Positions 1 to 8,144 of a stretch of 64,000 bases of DNA are shown in pieces. How positions within the stretch are numbered: position 1 is the first letter of the stretch; every line of letters starts with the position of its first letter. The translations under genes and the position numbers were made by a program. The notes below the pieces were generated by a model. The model did not search any database, was not told where the DNA came from, and saw nothing but the letters and a program-made list of their open reading frames with translations. The stretch is from Christensenellaceae bacterium (GTDB taxonomy: Bacteria > Bacillota > Clostridia > Christensenellales > Borkfalkiaceae), in contig JAZLMI010000005.1 of NCBI GenBank assembly GCA_045598545.1, positions 7,665 to 71,664 of the forward strand, given 5' to 3'.

Positions 1-158
1 GCAATTTTTTCTTCTTCTTGCAAGTCCTTTTCCGTTATAGTTACGCCAAATTCTGGTTCTTCTTCTCCGTCGTATAAATAATCTTTACAAAGGTCTAACG
101 AATAACTATGCAAATTATCAGCGTTAAAAACAGTATCCGCTATTTTATACTTTGGCAT
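1..158 (-). CDS. Hypothetical protein, N-terminal fragment (gene runs off the left edge)
   Basis: Manual minus-strand translation from ATG at 158-156 gives MPKYKIADTVFNADNLHSYSLDLCKDYLYDGEEEPEFGVTITEKDLQEEEKI..., open to position 1. A good SD (AAAGGGGA) lies 5-6 nt upstream. No family recognised. Confidence 0.5.
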   Translation of the reverse strand, partial: MPKYKIADTVFNADNLHSYSLDLCKDYLYDGEEEPEFGVTITEKDLQEEEKI

Positions 159-193
159 TATTTCCCCTTTATACTCAATTTTATATCTTTATT

Positions 194-223
194 ATTTTAT
201 CAAAGCCAAGCGGGTTTTGTCAA
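194..223 (-). promoter_or_regulatory. Sigma-A-like promoter for the left-edge gene
   Basis: On the minus strand: TTGACA (223-218), 18-nt spacer, TAAAAT (199-194), about 35 nt upstream of the ATG at 158. Confidence 0.45.
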
Positions 224-271
224 TGAATTTTAATTTTTAAATAAATATTATTTAACCTAAAGCCAGATTAA

Positions 272-297
272 AAGCGGAATAAAATTTATTCCGCTTT
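272..297 (-). terminator. Hairpin overlapping the ABC ATPase stop codon (weak intrinsic terminator)
   Basis: 9-bp stem AGCGGAATA/TATTCCGCT (273-281 / 87-95 of the 200s) with a 5-nt loop. On the minus strand it is followed only by UUUAAU, so the U-tract is weak. Confidence 0.4.
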
Positions 298-942
298 ATA
301 ACTTTTCATCATAACTTTAAGTATCTCGTTTTCAGAACCGTTTTCTACTTCATTTAAGTCGTATAATATTTTCTTATCGGATAAAACTATTATTCTATCC
401 GCTATTTTTACCGCTTCCAAAATATCGTGAGTTACTACTATAACAGTATTATTTTTCTCTTTATGCTGATTTTTTATCAGGTCTATAAAAATACGCTTAT
501 TTTTTACGTCTAAACTCGTAAAGGGTTCGTCAAGAATAAATAGCGGAGCGTCATAGCATAAACCCCTTAATACCGCTACCCGCCTTTTCATTCCTCCCGA
601 TAATTTTTTGATATAACTATTTTCTACCCCTAAAAGTCCTACTTCTTTTAATCCATTTTTAACGTCGTAATTTTCGTTTACTAATTTTATATTCTCCGAA
701 ACGGTAAGATTAGGTACTAATCTATCGTCTTGAAACACCAAAGATATTTTATCGGGCAAATTGGAAATTTCTCCCTCAAAATCGGTAAGCCTTGCAATAA
801 CTTTAATAAGAGTACTTTTACCCGAACCACTCTCGCCCAAAATTGCCGTAATTTTGCCTTCTTCTATATCTAAATTAAAATTCTCGTATACGATTTTATC
901 TCCGTATTTTTTAGTTACGTTTTTTAAACTTATCATTGCCAA
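286..942 (-). CDS. ABC transporter ATP-binding protein (NitT/TauT, SsuB/TauB-like)
   Basis: Walker A GESGSGKST, signature LSGGMKRR, Walker B LFILDEP, H-loop VTHD. Overlaps the upstream permease gene by 10 nt. Confidence 0.9.
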   Translation of the reverse strand: MAMISLKNVTKKYGDKIVYENFNLDIEEGKITAILGESGSGKSTLIKVIARLTDFEGEISNLPDKISLVFQDDRLVPNLTVSENIKLVNENYDVKNGLKEVGLLGVENSYIKKLSGGMKRRVAVLRGLCYDAPLFILDEPFTSLDVKNKRIFIDLIKNQHKEKNNTVIVVTHDILEAVKIADRIIVLSDKKILYDLNEVENGSENEILKVMMKSYKAE

Positions 943-1688
943 CGCCTCGCTTTTTTAGAAATCAAATTAAACGTTATCTCGATAATAAGTCCCAAAATCA
1001 CCGTAACCAAAACCAAAGCGAACATAGTTACCGTTTCGTCATACAAATTGGCGATATAAAGATAATTGCCCAAAGATTTTGACGTATATGATAAAACTTC
1101 CGCCGCCACCATAAGTTTTAAGTTTAACGAAAGCCCGCTTCCTATACAAATCAACATGTACGGCGTTATTTGCGGTATTTTAACTTTAAATAAAATATCT
1201 TTTTCGCTGACTTTAAATGCCTTACACATTTCTATTTGGTCACTATCAACGTTTTCAAAAGCATTCTTAACACTTGTAAAAGTGGTAGGCAAAACTACTA
1301 ACATAGTAACGACAATGGGTGCTATTTGGCTATTCGTCCAAACAAGTAAAATAAGAACAACCGCAATTGTCGGAAGCACTCTTATTATCGCAACGATAGG
1401 TTGTATCGCTTTTTCAAAATACTTATATTTTACCGAAAAATACGCAAATAAAAATGCCAATATAAAAGAGATTATAAAGGACACAAATGAACGAATTACC
1501 GTACCCAAAACCGCATAATAAAATTCCGAATAAGTAAAAAGCGTAAAAAACTTGGATAAAGTATCTTTTAAACTCGGTAATAAGTATGAATTATCTATAC
1601 TTTTTGAAATTATACTCCATAACAATATTATACAAAGCACCGGTATAATCGGGATTATTAAGTTTAATATTTTTTGTCTTCTATTCAT
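933..1688 (-). CDS. ABC transporter permease (NitT/TauT, SsuC-like)
   Basis: 251 aa, about 6 predicted TM segments, BPD-transporter-like layout. Translationally coupled to both neighbours. Confidence 0.85.
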   Translation of the reverse strand: MNRRQKILNLIIPIIPVLCIILLWSIISKSIDNSYLLPSLKDTLSKFFTLFTYSEFYYAVLGTVIRSFVSFIISFILAFLFAYFSVKYKYFEKAIQPIVAIIRVLPTIAVVLILLVWTNSQIAPIVVTMLVVLPTTFTSVKNAFENVDSDQIEMCKAFKVSEKDILFKVKIPQITPYMLICIGSGLSLNLKLMVAAEVLSYTSKSLGNYLYIANLYDETVTMFALVLVTVILGLIIEITFNLISKKARRWQ

Positions 1689-2689
1689 TATTTTATTGTT
1701 TCGTACCCCAAATTATTTTTTCCGAGTATTATCTTAAACGTCAAATCAGGAACAAGTCCTTCCCCTATAACGCCTATTTTTTTATTTTTTAAATCTTTAA
1801 CCGAATAACTCGCCCTACTCATTAAATATAAATTACCGTGAGTTAAAACAGCCACCATTTTATAACCTTTATTTTTATAGAGTTTACTCGCCGCATTTAC
1901 GGGCAAAATTATGAAGTCGGAAATAGAAATCGCCCCCGTCATATACTTTGTTATATCGTCGGAAGGCACGACGCTATAATTAAAATTCGCCCCTAAAATA
2001 AAATCCTCTTCGTCGTATATAAATTTAGCGATAGCAAGCGAAGGGGCCCCGTCCGGCACAACGAAGGAAAAAGATTTATTTTCTATAATGTTTGTATCGC
2101 TACTTAAATTATAAAAGAAATCGTCTTCTACGGCGTTTGCAGGTTCTATCCCCAAACCTATACCGATTTTTCTTATTTGTTCTATATAAGTTTTAACCGC
2201 CTGTTTTGAAGAAAGTGCGTCTTCCCAATATATATTGCAATTCGTGATAGTATCTTTGAAGATAGCCGAAGACGGTTTTAGAGAAGTGTTTTCATATTTA
2301 GAAGAAACCGCATCGACGGCAGTATTAATATTATTTTTTAACCACTCGCTCGTATCGAATTTAGACTTTATTTCTCCTACAAGTTGGGGATAATTTTCCA
2401 AAACCTCGTTTTTAACCATTAAAACTGCTTGCGGATAAGATTTTGTTTCGTTATCGTACAATTCTTGAACGTCTATTCTATGCCAGTCGTAATCTTTACC
2501 CTTTACTTTTTCAAGTTTAGTCGCTACGGGTTCGGGGAGTAAACCACAATCTAAACTTCCGCTGATTAAACCTTCCATTATAACGTTAGCGTTTGTATAT
2601 TGTATATAAACCTTATCTTCTTTTTTATCGCAAGCAAAAAGTGTAAAACAACTTAAAAACGCTAAAATTACAGCAAAAAATTTTTTCAT
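1688..2689 (-). CDS. ABC substrate-binding lipoprotein, NMT1/THI5-like
   Basis: Signal peptide with lipobox (LFAC-DKK), 333 aa. First gene of the SBP-permease-ATPase operon. Family assignment is by sequence resemblance only. Confidence 0.75.
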   Translation of the reverse strand: MKKFFAVILAFLSCFTLFACDKKEDKVYIQYTNANVIMEGLISGSLDCGLLPEPVATKLEKVKGKDYDWHRIDVQELYDNETKSYPQAVLMVKNEVLENYPQLVGEIKSKFDTSEWLKNNINTAVDAVSSKYENTSLKPSSAIFKDTITNCNIYWEDALSSKQAVKTYIEQIRKIGIGLGIEPANAVEDDFFYNLSSDTNIIENKSFSFVVPDGAPSLAIAKFIYDEEDFILGANFNYSVVPSDDITKYMTGAISISDFIILPVNAASKLYKNKGYKMVAVLTHGNLYLMSRASYSVKDLKNKKIGVIGEGLVPDLTFKIILGKNNLGYETIK

Positions 2690-2700
2690 AACAAAGAAAC

Positions 2701-2804
2701 TCCCTCCGCCTAATATGGCAAAGGGAGATACATAAATTATTAAGACGTAAAATCTTAAATCCTTATTAATCCCTGTGCCGTTAGGCGAACCTTTCGACTT
2801 AGGT
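2701..2804 (-). promoter_or_regulatory. Candidate structured 5-prime leader (riboswitch-like, class unknown) of the ABC operon
   Basis: A GC-enriched island in an AT-rich spacer. The minus-strand RNA can form a long imperfect hairpin: GCCUAA-CGGCA-C-AGGGA pairs with UCCCU-U-UGCC-AUA-UUAGGC. The CUCCC segment can instead pair with the SD (GGAGGGAG) 9 nt before the ATG. Confidence 0.35.
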
Positions 2805-2820
2805 ATTTTTAACTGTTTTT

Positions 2821-2849
2821 ATTTTATTATACTTTTAATTTTTTGTCAA
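2821..2849 (-). promoter_or_regulatory. Sigma-A-like promoter of the ABC operon
   Basis: On the minus strand: TTGACA (2849-2844), 17-nt spacer, TAAAAT (2826-2821). This predicts a leader of about 125 nt. Confidence 0.5.
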
Positions 2850-3109
2850 CTGTTTTTTTGTTTCAATTTCAGATACTTTTCTCTTGTCGCTTTTCCGCCT
2901 CTTATATGGCGTTCGGAAAGATTTTTATCAAGAACTTTTTTCACTTTTTTATAAAGACCTTTATCAATCTTTTTAAGACGTTCGGAAACGTCTTTGTGGA
3001 TAGTGGACTTACTGTAAGAAAAAACTTTTGCCGCATCTCTTACCGTAGCACCCGTTCTTATTATATATTTTGCCTCTTTTATTGCTCTTTCTTTTATAGA
3101 GTTAAACAT
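2846..3109 (-). CDS. spoIIID: Stage III sporulation protein D (mother-cell transcription regulator)
   Basis: 87 aa. IKERAIKEAKYII...ATVRDAAKVF.YSKSTIHKDV.ERL...RHIRGG.AT closely parallels Bacillus SpoIIID (IKERTIKIGKYIV..KKTVRVIAKEFGVSKSTVHKDLTERL...RHLRGGEAT). Confidence 0.88.
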   Translation of the reverse strand: MFNSIKERAIKEAKYIIRTGATVRDAAKVFSYSKSTIHKDVSERLKKIDKGLYKKVKKVLDKNLSERHIRGGKATREKYLKLKQKNS

Positions 3110-3172
3110 AAATTATTCCTCTCAAATTTTTTGGGATAATATAACTTATGTTTATTTTCGACAATTTATTAC

Positions 3173-3206
3173 TAAAAAACCGTGAACGGTAAAGTTCACG
3201 GTTTTA
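3173..3206 (-). terminator. Intrinsic terminator after rplQ (end of the alpha operon), bidirectional shape
   Basis: Stem ACCGTGAAC/GTTCACGGT (3179-3187 / 3194-3202), 6-nt loop, U-run on the minus strand (A-run 3173-3178 on plus). Confidence 0.75.
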
Positions 3207-3220
3207 GTTGTAAATTGAAA

Positions 3221-3730
3221 TTAGTCTACAAATTCAATTATTGCTTTATCGGCAGCGTCGCCCTTTCTTGCACCGAGTTTATAAATTCTCGTATATCCGC
3301 CACCTTGACCCTTTTCTTCTTTACGGGTAGCAAACTTGGGAGCGTACTCATCAAAAATCTTTTCGATTAAAGGATATTTAATGGCTTTCGTTCTGTTTCT
3401 GAAATCAGCCTTACTTTCTTTAAATCCTTTAACTTCTTGCAAGTCGTTTACCATAGCCATAATTTTTCTTCTTGCATTTAACTTCTTTACGCCGTCTTTA
3501 ACAAGAGTTTTAGAAGTTTCTTTACCCTTACTATCGGTAACTTTAACTTCTTCTTCTACTGTATCGGCATAAGAATTTACAGCAAGAGTAATAATCTTAG
3601 CAACGTAAGCGGAAACTTCTTTCGCTCTCGCTTCGGTGGTTTCTATTCTACCGTACCACAAAAGGGCGGATGCTTGATTTTTTATAAGTGCCATTCTTTT
3701 AGTTGCGTTTAATCCTAATTTATTTTCCAT
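3221..3730 (-). CDS. rplQ: 50S ribosomal protein L17 (long form with internal insertion)
   Basis: TTEARAKEV...GGYTRI.KLG.RKGD.A..AIIEF motifs. Lies directly downstream of rpoA. Confidence 0.93.
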   Translation of the reverse strand: MENKLGLNATKRMALIKNQASALLWYGRIETTEARAKEVSAYVAKIITLAVNSYADTVEEEVKVTDSKGKETSKTLVKDGVKKLNARRKIMAMVNDLQEVKGFKESKADFRNRTKAIKYPLIEKIFDEYAPKFATRKEEKGQGGGYTRIYKLGARKGDAADKAIIEFVD

Positions 3731-3733
3731 TGT

Positions 3734-4687
3734 TTAGTCCTCCTTGTCTTGGAACTTAAAGCCGTAACTGTTAAGTTTTGCTATAACTTCGTCCAAAGAC
3801 TTCTTGCCAAGGTTACGAACCTTTAACATATCTTCTTCTGTCTTTTTAGTTAAATCTTCTACGTTATGAATATTAGCACGTTTCAAACAGTTATAAGAAC
3901 GCACCGAAAGGTCCATATCTTCAATGGTCATTTCGAGAATTCTCTGTCTCTTATCTTCTTCGGGCGGAACGAGTATTCCGATATTTCCGATTTCAGATAA
4001 AGAAACGAACATTTTTACGTGTTCTTCCATAATCTTAGCCGCCAAAGAAACTATATCTCTGCCGGAGAATGCACCGTTAGTCCAAACTTCAAGAGTAAGT
4101 TTATCGAAGTCAACGCTTTGACCAACACGGGTTGCACTTACGTTATAACTAACCTTTTTAACCGGAGTATAGATACTGTCTATGGCGATGTTATCTATAA
4201 TTTCGGTTTTGTGTTCGTCAGCACCTTGATATCCACGACCTCTCGCAACAGTAAGTTCTAAATCAATCTTACCGCCCTCGTCTACCGTACAAATGTACTG
4301 GTCGGGATTCAAAACTTCAAGTTCGGAATCACATTCAATATCTCCTGCTTTTACAATTGCAGGACCTTTTTTTACAAGTTTAATAACTTTCTTGTAATCT
4401 TTATCAAGACAAGTACTCTTTAACGCTACGCACTTCAAATTAAGGATTATTTCGGTTACGTCTTCCTTAATAAAAGGCACAGATGAGAATTCGTGCTTTA
4501 TCCCCAAATCTTCAGAAAACTTAATATTCTGAATTGCGATTCCGGGGAGAGCCGATAAAAGTATTCTCCTTAAAGCGTTACCAAGCGTAAGTCCAAAACC
4601 TTTTTCTAAAGGTTCGACAACGATTTTTGCGTAACTTTTGTCTTCGTTTTCTTCCACTGCTATTTTTGGCATTTCAATTTCCATCAT
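3734..4687 (-). CDS. rpoA: DNA-directed RNA polymerase subunit alpha
   Basis: 317 aa. NTD motifs (GNALRR.LLS..PG) and CTD (LSVRSYNCLKRANI..V.DL). Conserved operon position. Confidence 0.97.
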   Translation of the reverse strand: MMEIEMPKIAVEENEDKSYAKIVVEPLEKGFGLTLGNALRRILLSALPGIAIQNIKFSEDLGIKHEFSSVPFIKEDVTEIILNLKCVALKSTCLDKDYKKVIKLVKKGPAIVKAGDIECDSELEVLNPDQYICTVDEGGKIDLELTVARGRGYQGADEHKTEIIDNIAIDSIYTPVKKVSYNVSATRVGQSVDFDKLTLEVWTNGAFSGRDIVSLAAKIMEEHVKMFVSLSEIGNIGILVPPEEDKRQRILEMTIEDMDLSVRSYNCLKRANIHNVEDLTKKTEEDMLKVRNLGKKSLDEVIAKLNSYGFKFQDKED

Positions 4688-4805
4688 AAGAAAAGAACCT
4701 CCTTAAAAAATAGTTCCGATAAAGCACTTGCAGGAATCCTTTGCCGGATTGTGGAATTATTCCGACTTTCCCCCTGCAAGACTTTCGGCTTATTATTTTT
4801 AAATT

Positions 4806-5429
4806 TTATTTCGAGTACAACTCGACTATCATATGCTCTTTGATAGATACATCGATATCTTCACGTACCGGAAGAGCAAGAATTTTACCTTCCAAAGTTT
4901 CGGGATTGAATTCTAACCATTTAGGCATAGCACCAACCTTCATTTGCTTTATTTCGGCAAAATATTTATTGTCTTTTTTGTTTTCCTTAACTGCTATAAC
5001 GTCTCCTACTTTAACGCAATAAGAAGCAATATTTATCTTCTTTCCGTTAATTACGAAGTGTCCGTGAGTTACAAGTTGACGAGCTTGACTTCTGGAAGAA
5101 CCTACACCCATTCTGTAAATAACGTTATCTAATCTTCTTTCAAGTAAAGACAACATATTTTCACCGGTGATACCTTTCATTCTATCAGCCTTTTCGTAAT
5201 ACTTTCTGAATTGTCCTTCTAATACGCCGTAAATTCTCTTACATTTTTGTTTTTCACGTAATTGAAGTCCGTATTCTGAAATTTTCTTTCTATCCATACC
5301 GTGTTGTCCGGGAGCTACAGGTCTTTTTTCAAAAGCACACACACCCTTAAAACATCTTTCGCCTTTCAAGAAAAGTTTAGCCCCTTCTCTTCTACATAAA
5401 CGACATTTGGATTCTGTATATTTAGCCAT
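4806..5429 (-). CDS. rpsD: 30S ribosomal protein S4
   Basis: 207 aa. Starts [24 protein letters not shown] and carries an S4 RNA-binding domain. Confidence 0.96.
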   Translation of the reverse strand: MAKYTESKCRLCRREGAKLFLKGERCFKGVCAFEKRPVAPGQHGMDRKKISEYGLQLREKQKCKRIYGVLEGQFRKYYEKADRMKGITGENMLSLLERRLDNVIYRMGVGSSRSQARQLVTHGHFVINGKKINIASYCVKVGDVIAVKENKKDNKYFAEIKQMKVGAMPKWLEFNPETLEGKILALPVREDIDVSIKEHMIVELYSK

Positions 5430-5444
5430 TTTTTATATCCTCCG

Positions 5445-5837
5445 TTATACTCTACGTTTTTTAGGCGGTCTGCAACCGTTGTGCGGAATAGGAGAAACGT
5501 CTTGAATAAGAGTAACTTCCATATCGCAATTAGCAAGTGCTCTGATAGCAGATTCTCTACCTGCACCGGGACCTTTAACGTAAACTTCTACTTGACGCAT
5601 ACCTTGTTCTCTAGCAACTTTTCCGGCAGCTTCCGCAGCCATTTGAGCAGCGAACGGAGTACTCTTTCTGGAACCTTTAAATCCTAAAGAACCTGCACTT
5701 GACCAACTTACAGCATTACCTTGCATATCGGTAATGGTTACCAAAGTATTATTGAAAGATGCCTGAATATGAACTTGACCTTTGTCAACTTTTCTGGCTT
5801 CTTTACGTTTTTTCGTAATTTTCTTAGCTGTTGCCAT
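5445..5837 (-). CDS. rpsK: 30S ribosomal protein S11
   Basis: 130 aa. [17 protein letters not shown] and [12 protein letters not shown]-terminus. Confidence 0.97.
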   Translation of the reverse strand: MATAKKITKKRKEARKVDKGQVHIQASFNNTLVTITDMQGNAVSWSSAGSLGFKGSRKSTPFAAQMAAEAAGKVAREQGMRQVEVYVKGPGAGRESAIRALANCDMEVTLIQDVSPIPHNGCRPPKKRRV

Positions 5838-5851
5838 AATCCGTTACCTCC

Positions 5852-6229
5852 TTACTTCGTCGCCGTTTTCTTTTTAGCAACGGTACGGCGGGGACCTTTT
5901 CTGGTTCTCGCATTTCTCTTAGAACTTTGTCCTCTTACGGGCAAATTCTTTCTATGACGAACACCACGGTAACATCCGATTTCGATAAGTCTCTTTACTG
6001 AAAGAGATACTTCACTTCTCAAATCGCCTTCTACGTGAATATTATGTTCGATATATTCTCTTAATTTTGCAACATCGTATTCATTTAAGTCTTTAACTCT
6101 AATGTCGGGATTAACACCCGTTTCTTTGATGATTTTCCTTGCAGTCGTAAGACCGATACCGTATATATAGGTAAGTCCGATTTCGACTCTTTTGTTATTA
6201 GGCAAATCAACGCCGGCTATACGTGCCAT
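5852..6229 (-). CDS. rpsM: 30S ribosomal protein S13
   Basis: Starts [21 protein letters not shown]; contains YRG.RH...LPVRGQ. Confidence 0.97.
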   Translation of the reverse strand: MARIAGVDLPNNKRVEIGLTYIYGIGLTTARKIIKETGVNPDIRVKDLNEYDVAKLREYIEHNIHVEGDLRSEVSLSVKRLIEIGCYRGVRHRKNLPVRGQSSKRNARTRKGPRRTVAKKKTATK

Positions 6230-6359
6230 TTAATACCTCCGTATTATTTTCTTTATGTTTTATTTTTTATATATAAATGCCTCTTATTTTCCTATTCTGG
6301 AATGTGAAAGGAATTTTAAAGGCGGTTGTTTTCTTTCCGAACGGAAAGTTCGGGTTTAA

Positions 6360-6476
6360 TTAACCTTGGCGTTGTTTATGGCTCTTATCTTTTGAACAGA
6401 TTACCATAACTTTGCCGTTTCTTTTGATAACTTTACATTTATCGCACATTGGTTTTACAGAAGGTCTAACTTTCAT
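6360..6476 (-). CDS. rpmJ: 50S ribosomal protein L36 (zinc form)
   Basis: Below the 60-aa track cutoff. Manual translation gives [38 protein letters not shown] (38 aa) with C-C-C-H ligands. Lies between infA and rpsM as expected. Confidence 0.93.
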   Translation of the reverse strand: MKVRPSVKPMCDKCKVIKRNGKVMVICSKDKSHKQRQG

Positions 6477-6514
6477 TTTTAATTCTCCTTATGTTTTGTT
6501 TTTGTTTAATGGCG

Positions 6515-6736
6515 TCAGTTCTTACTACGCCAAATTATTCTACCCTTAGTTAAGTCGTAAGGGCTCATTTCCAGTTTTACGCTATCTCCGGGAATAATCT
6601 TAATGTAGTGCATACGAAGTTTTCCCGATATATACGCCGTAATAATATGACCGTTTGAAAGTTTTACGGTAAAAGTAGCATTAGGCAACGCTTCTACTAT
6701 AACGCCTTCGGTTTCAATTACATCGTCTTTGGACAC
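6515..6736 (-). CDS. infA: Translation initiation factor IF-1
   Basis: 73 aa. EG.V.E.LPNA.F.V.L.NGH...A.ISGK.R...I.I.PGD.V..E.SPYDL.KGRI..R. Confidence 0.97.
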   Translation of the reverse strand: MSKDDVIETEGVIVEALPNATFTVKLSNGHIITAYISGKLRMHYIKIIPGDSVKLEMSPYDLTKGRIIWRSKN

Positions 6737-6776
6737 TTAAATGTTCCTCCGTTTTATTTATTCTAATATTATACCA

Positions 6777-7523
6777 CTAAAATGTTAAAATTTCAACTCC
6801 GTTATCGGTAATTACGACAGTATTTTCGTAATGAGCGGAAGGTTTTTTGTCTTTTGTTACCACGCCCCAACCGTCGGAGAGAAAATCAACCTGATAAGTA
6901 CCTGCGTTTATCATAGGTTCGATAGCGATAGTCATACCTTTTTTAAGGCGAATTCCCGTTCCTTTTTTTCCGAAATTCGGAATAGAAGGGTCTTCGTGCA
7001 TATCTTTACCTATACCGTGTCCCGTAAGTGCTTTGACTACTGAAAATCCGTTTGCTTCCGCATGCGACTGAACGGCGTAACCGATATCGCCGACGGGAGT
7101 TCCGTCTTTCAAGTTTTCTATAGCCTTAAAGAAACACTCTTCGGTAACTTTTACAAGTTTTTTCTTTTCTTCGTCAACGTCGCCAATCATAAACGTTCTC
7201 GTAGCATCGGTCATAAAACCTTTATAACCTATAACTACGTCTACACTCACGATTTGTCCGTTTTTGATAATGATATCGTCAGAAGGTATTCCGTGAACGA
7301 CCATATCGTCTACCGATATACAAGTCGCCGCAGGATAGCCTTGATAGTTTAAGCAAGGGGCTTCTGCACCGTGATTCTTTATAAAACGGTAAATAATTTT
7401 ATCGAGTTCCTTAGTGGACATTCCGACTTTTATTTCCTTTTCTACAAAGGAAAACAAGTCTTTCATAATCTGTCCGCCCTCTCTCATTATCGCTATTTCA
7501 GATTCACTTTTTACCGTTATCAT
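6777..7523 (-). CDS. map: Type I methionine aminopeptidase
   Basis: 248 aa. Metal-ligand contexts DVV, D.TRT, GHGIG, IEPM and E.T are present. Canonical position after adk. Confidence 0.95.
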   Translation of the reverse strand: MITVKSESEIAIMREGGQIMKDLFSFVEKEIKVGMSTKELDKIIYRFIKNHGAEAPCLNYQGYPAATCISVDDMVVHGIPSDDIIIKNGQIVSVDVVIGYKGFMTDATRTFMIGDVDEEKKKLVKVTEECFFKAIENLKDGTPVGDIGYAVQSHAEANGFSVVKALTGHGIGKDMHEDPSIPNFGKKGTGIRLKKGMTIAIEPMINAGTYQVDFLSDGWGVVTKDKKPSAHYENTVVITDNGVEILTF

Positions 7524-8140
7524 TATAACGCCTTCTTAATTTCTTCAAAAACCTGCTCAACGGAAAGATTACCGTTTATATCTACCAAAACGCCCTTTTC
7601 TTTATAAAAATCAATCAAAGGTTCAGTTTGAGATTTGTAAACACGAAGTCTTTCTTTAACAGTTTCGACATTATCGTCTTTTCTTACGGTAAGTTCGCCC
7701 TTACAATCGGGACAAACTTTAATATCTCCTATAACGGAAATATGAAAAGTATTACCGCATTTTAAACAAGTTCTTCTACCCGTAATTCTATTTTCAATCT
7801 TATCGAAATCAACGATAAGATTTATAACTTTATCAGGTGCGGAAATTTCGTTTAATGCTTCGGCTTGAACGAGGTTTCTCGGAAAGCCGTCTAAAAGATA
7901 ACCGTTTTTACAATCGCTTTTTAAAAGTCTATCTTTTATAAGTTCGATAGTAAGTTCATCGGGGCAAAGATTTCCGCTGTCCATAATAGATTTAACCTTT
8001 ATTCCGAGTTCGGTTTGATTTTTAATATTCTCACGGAAAATATCACCCGTAGATATATGGGGTAAATTATATTTTTCCGAAATGTACGTCGCTTGCGTAC
8101 CCTTACCTGAACCCGGTGCCCCAAGTAGAACTATCTTCAT
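7523..8140 (-). CDS. adk: Adenylate kinase (zinc-lid form)
   Basis: P-loop GAPGSGKGTQ. LID with C..CG...H...C..C-type cysteines (CLKCGNTFH...CPDCKGEL). Confidence 0.96.
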   Translation of the reverse strand: MKIVLLGAPGSGKGTQATYISEKYNLPHISTGDIFRENIKNQTELGIKVKSIMDSGNLCPDELTIELIKDRLLKSDCKNGYLLDGFPRNLVQAEALNEISAPDKVINLIVDFDKIENRITGRRTCLKCGNTFHISVIGDIKVCPDCKGELTVRKDDNVETVKERLRVYKSQTEPLIDFYKEKGVLVDINGNLSVEQVFEEIKKAL

Positions 8141-8144
8141 TTTA

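Noticed and set aside
2701-2804. TPP (THI-box) or guanidine-I/ykkC riboswitch, both commonly found upstream of NMT1/THI5-type ABC transporters.
   Set aside because: The hallmark strings (CUGAGA and ACCUGAUCUGGAUAAUGCCAGCG for TPP; GGUCCGAGAG and GCCCGGGAGA for ykkC) are absent. I kept only a generic call of a structured leader.
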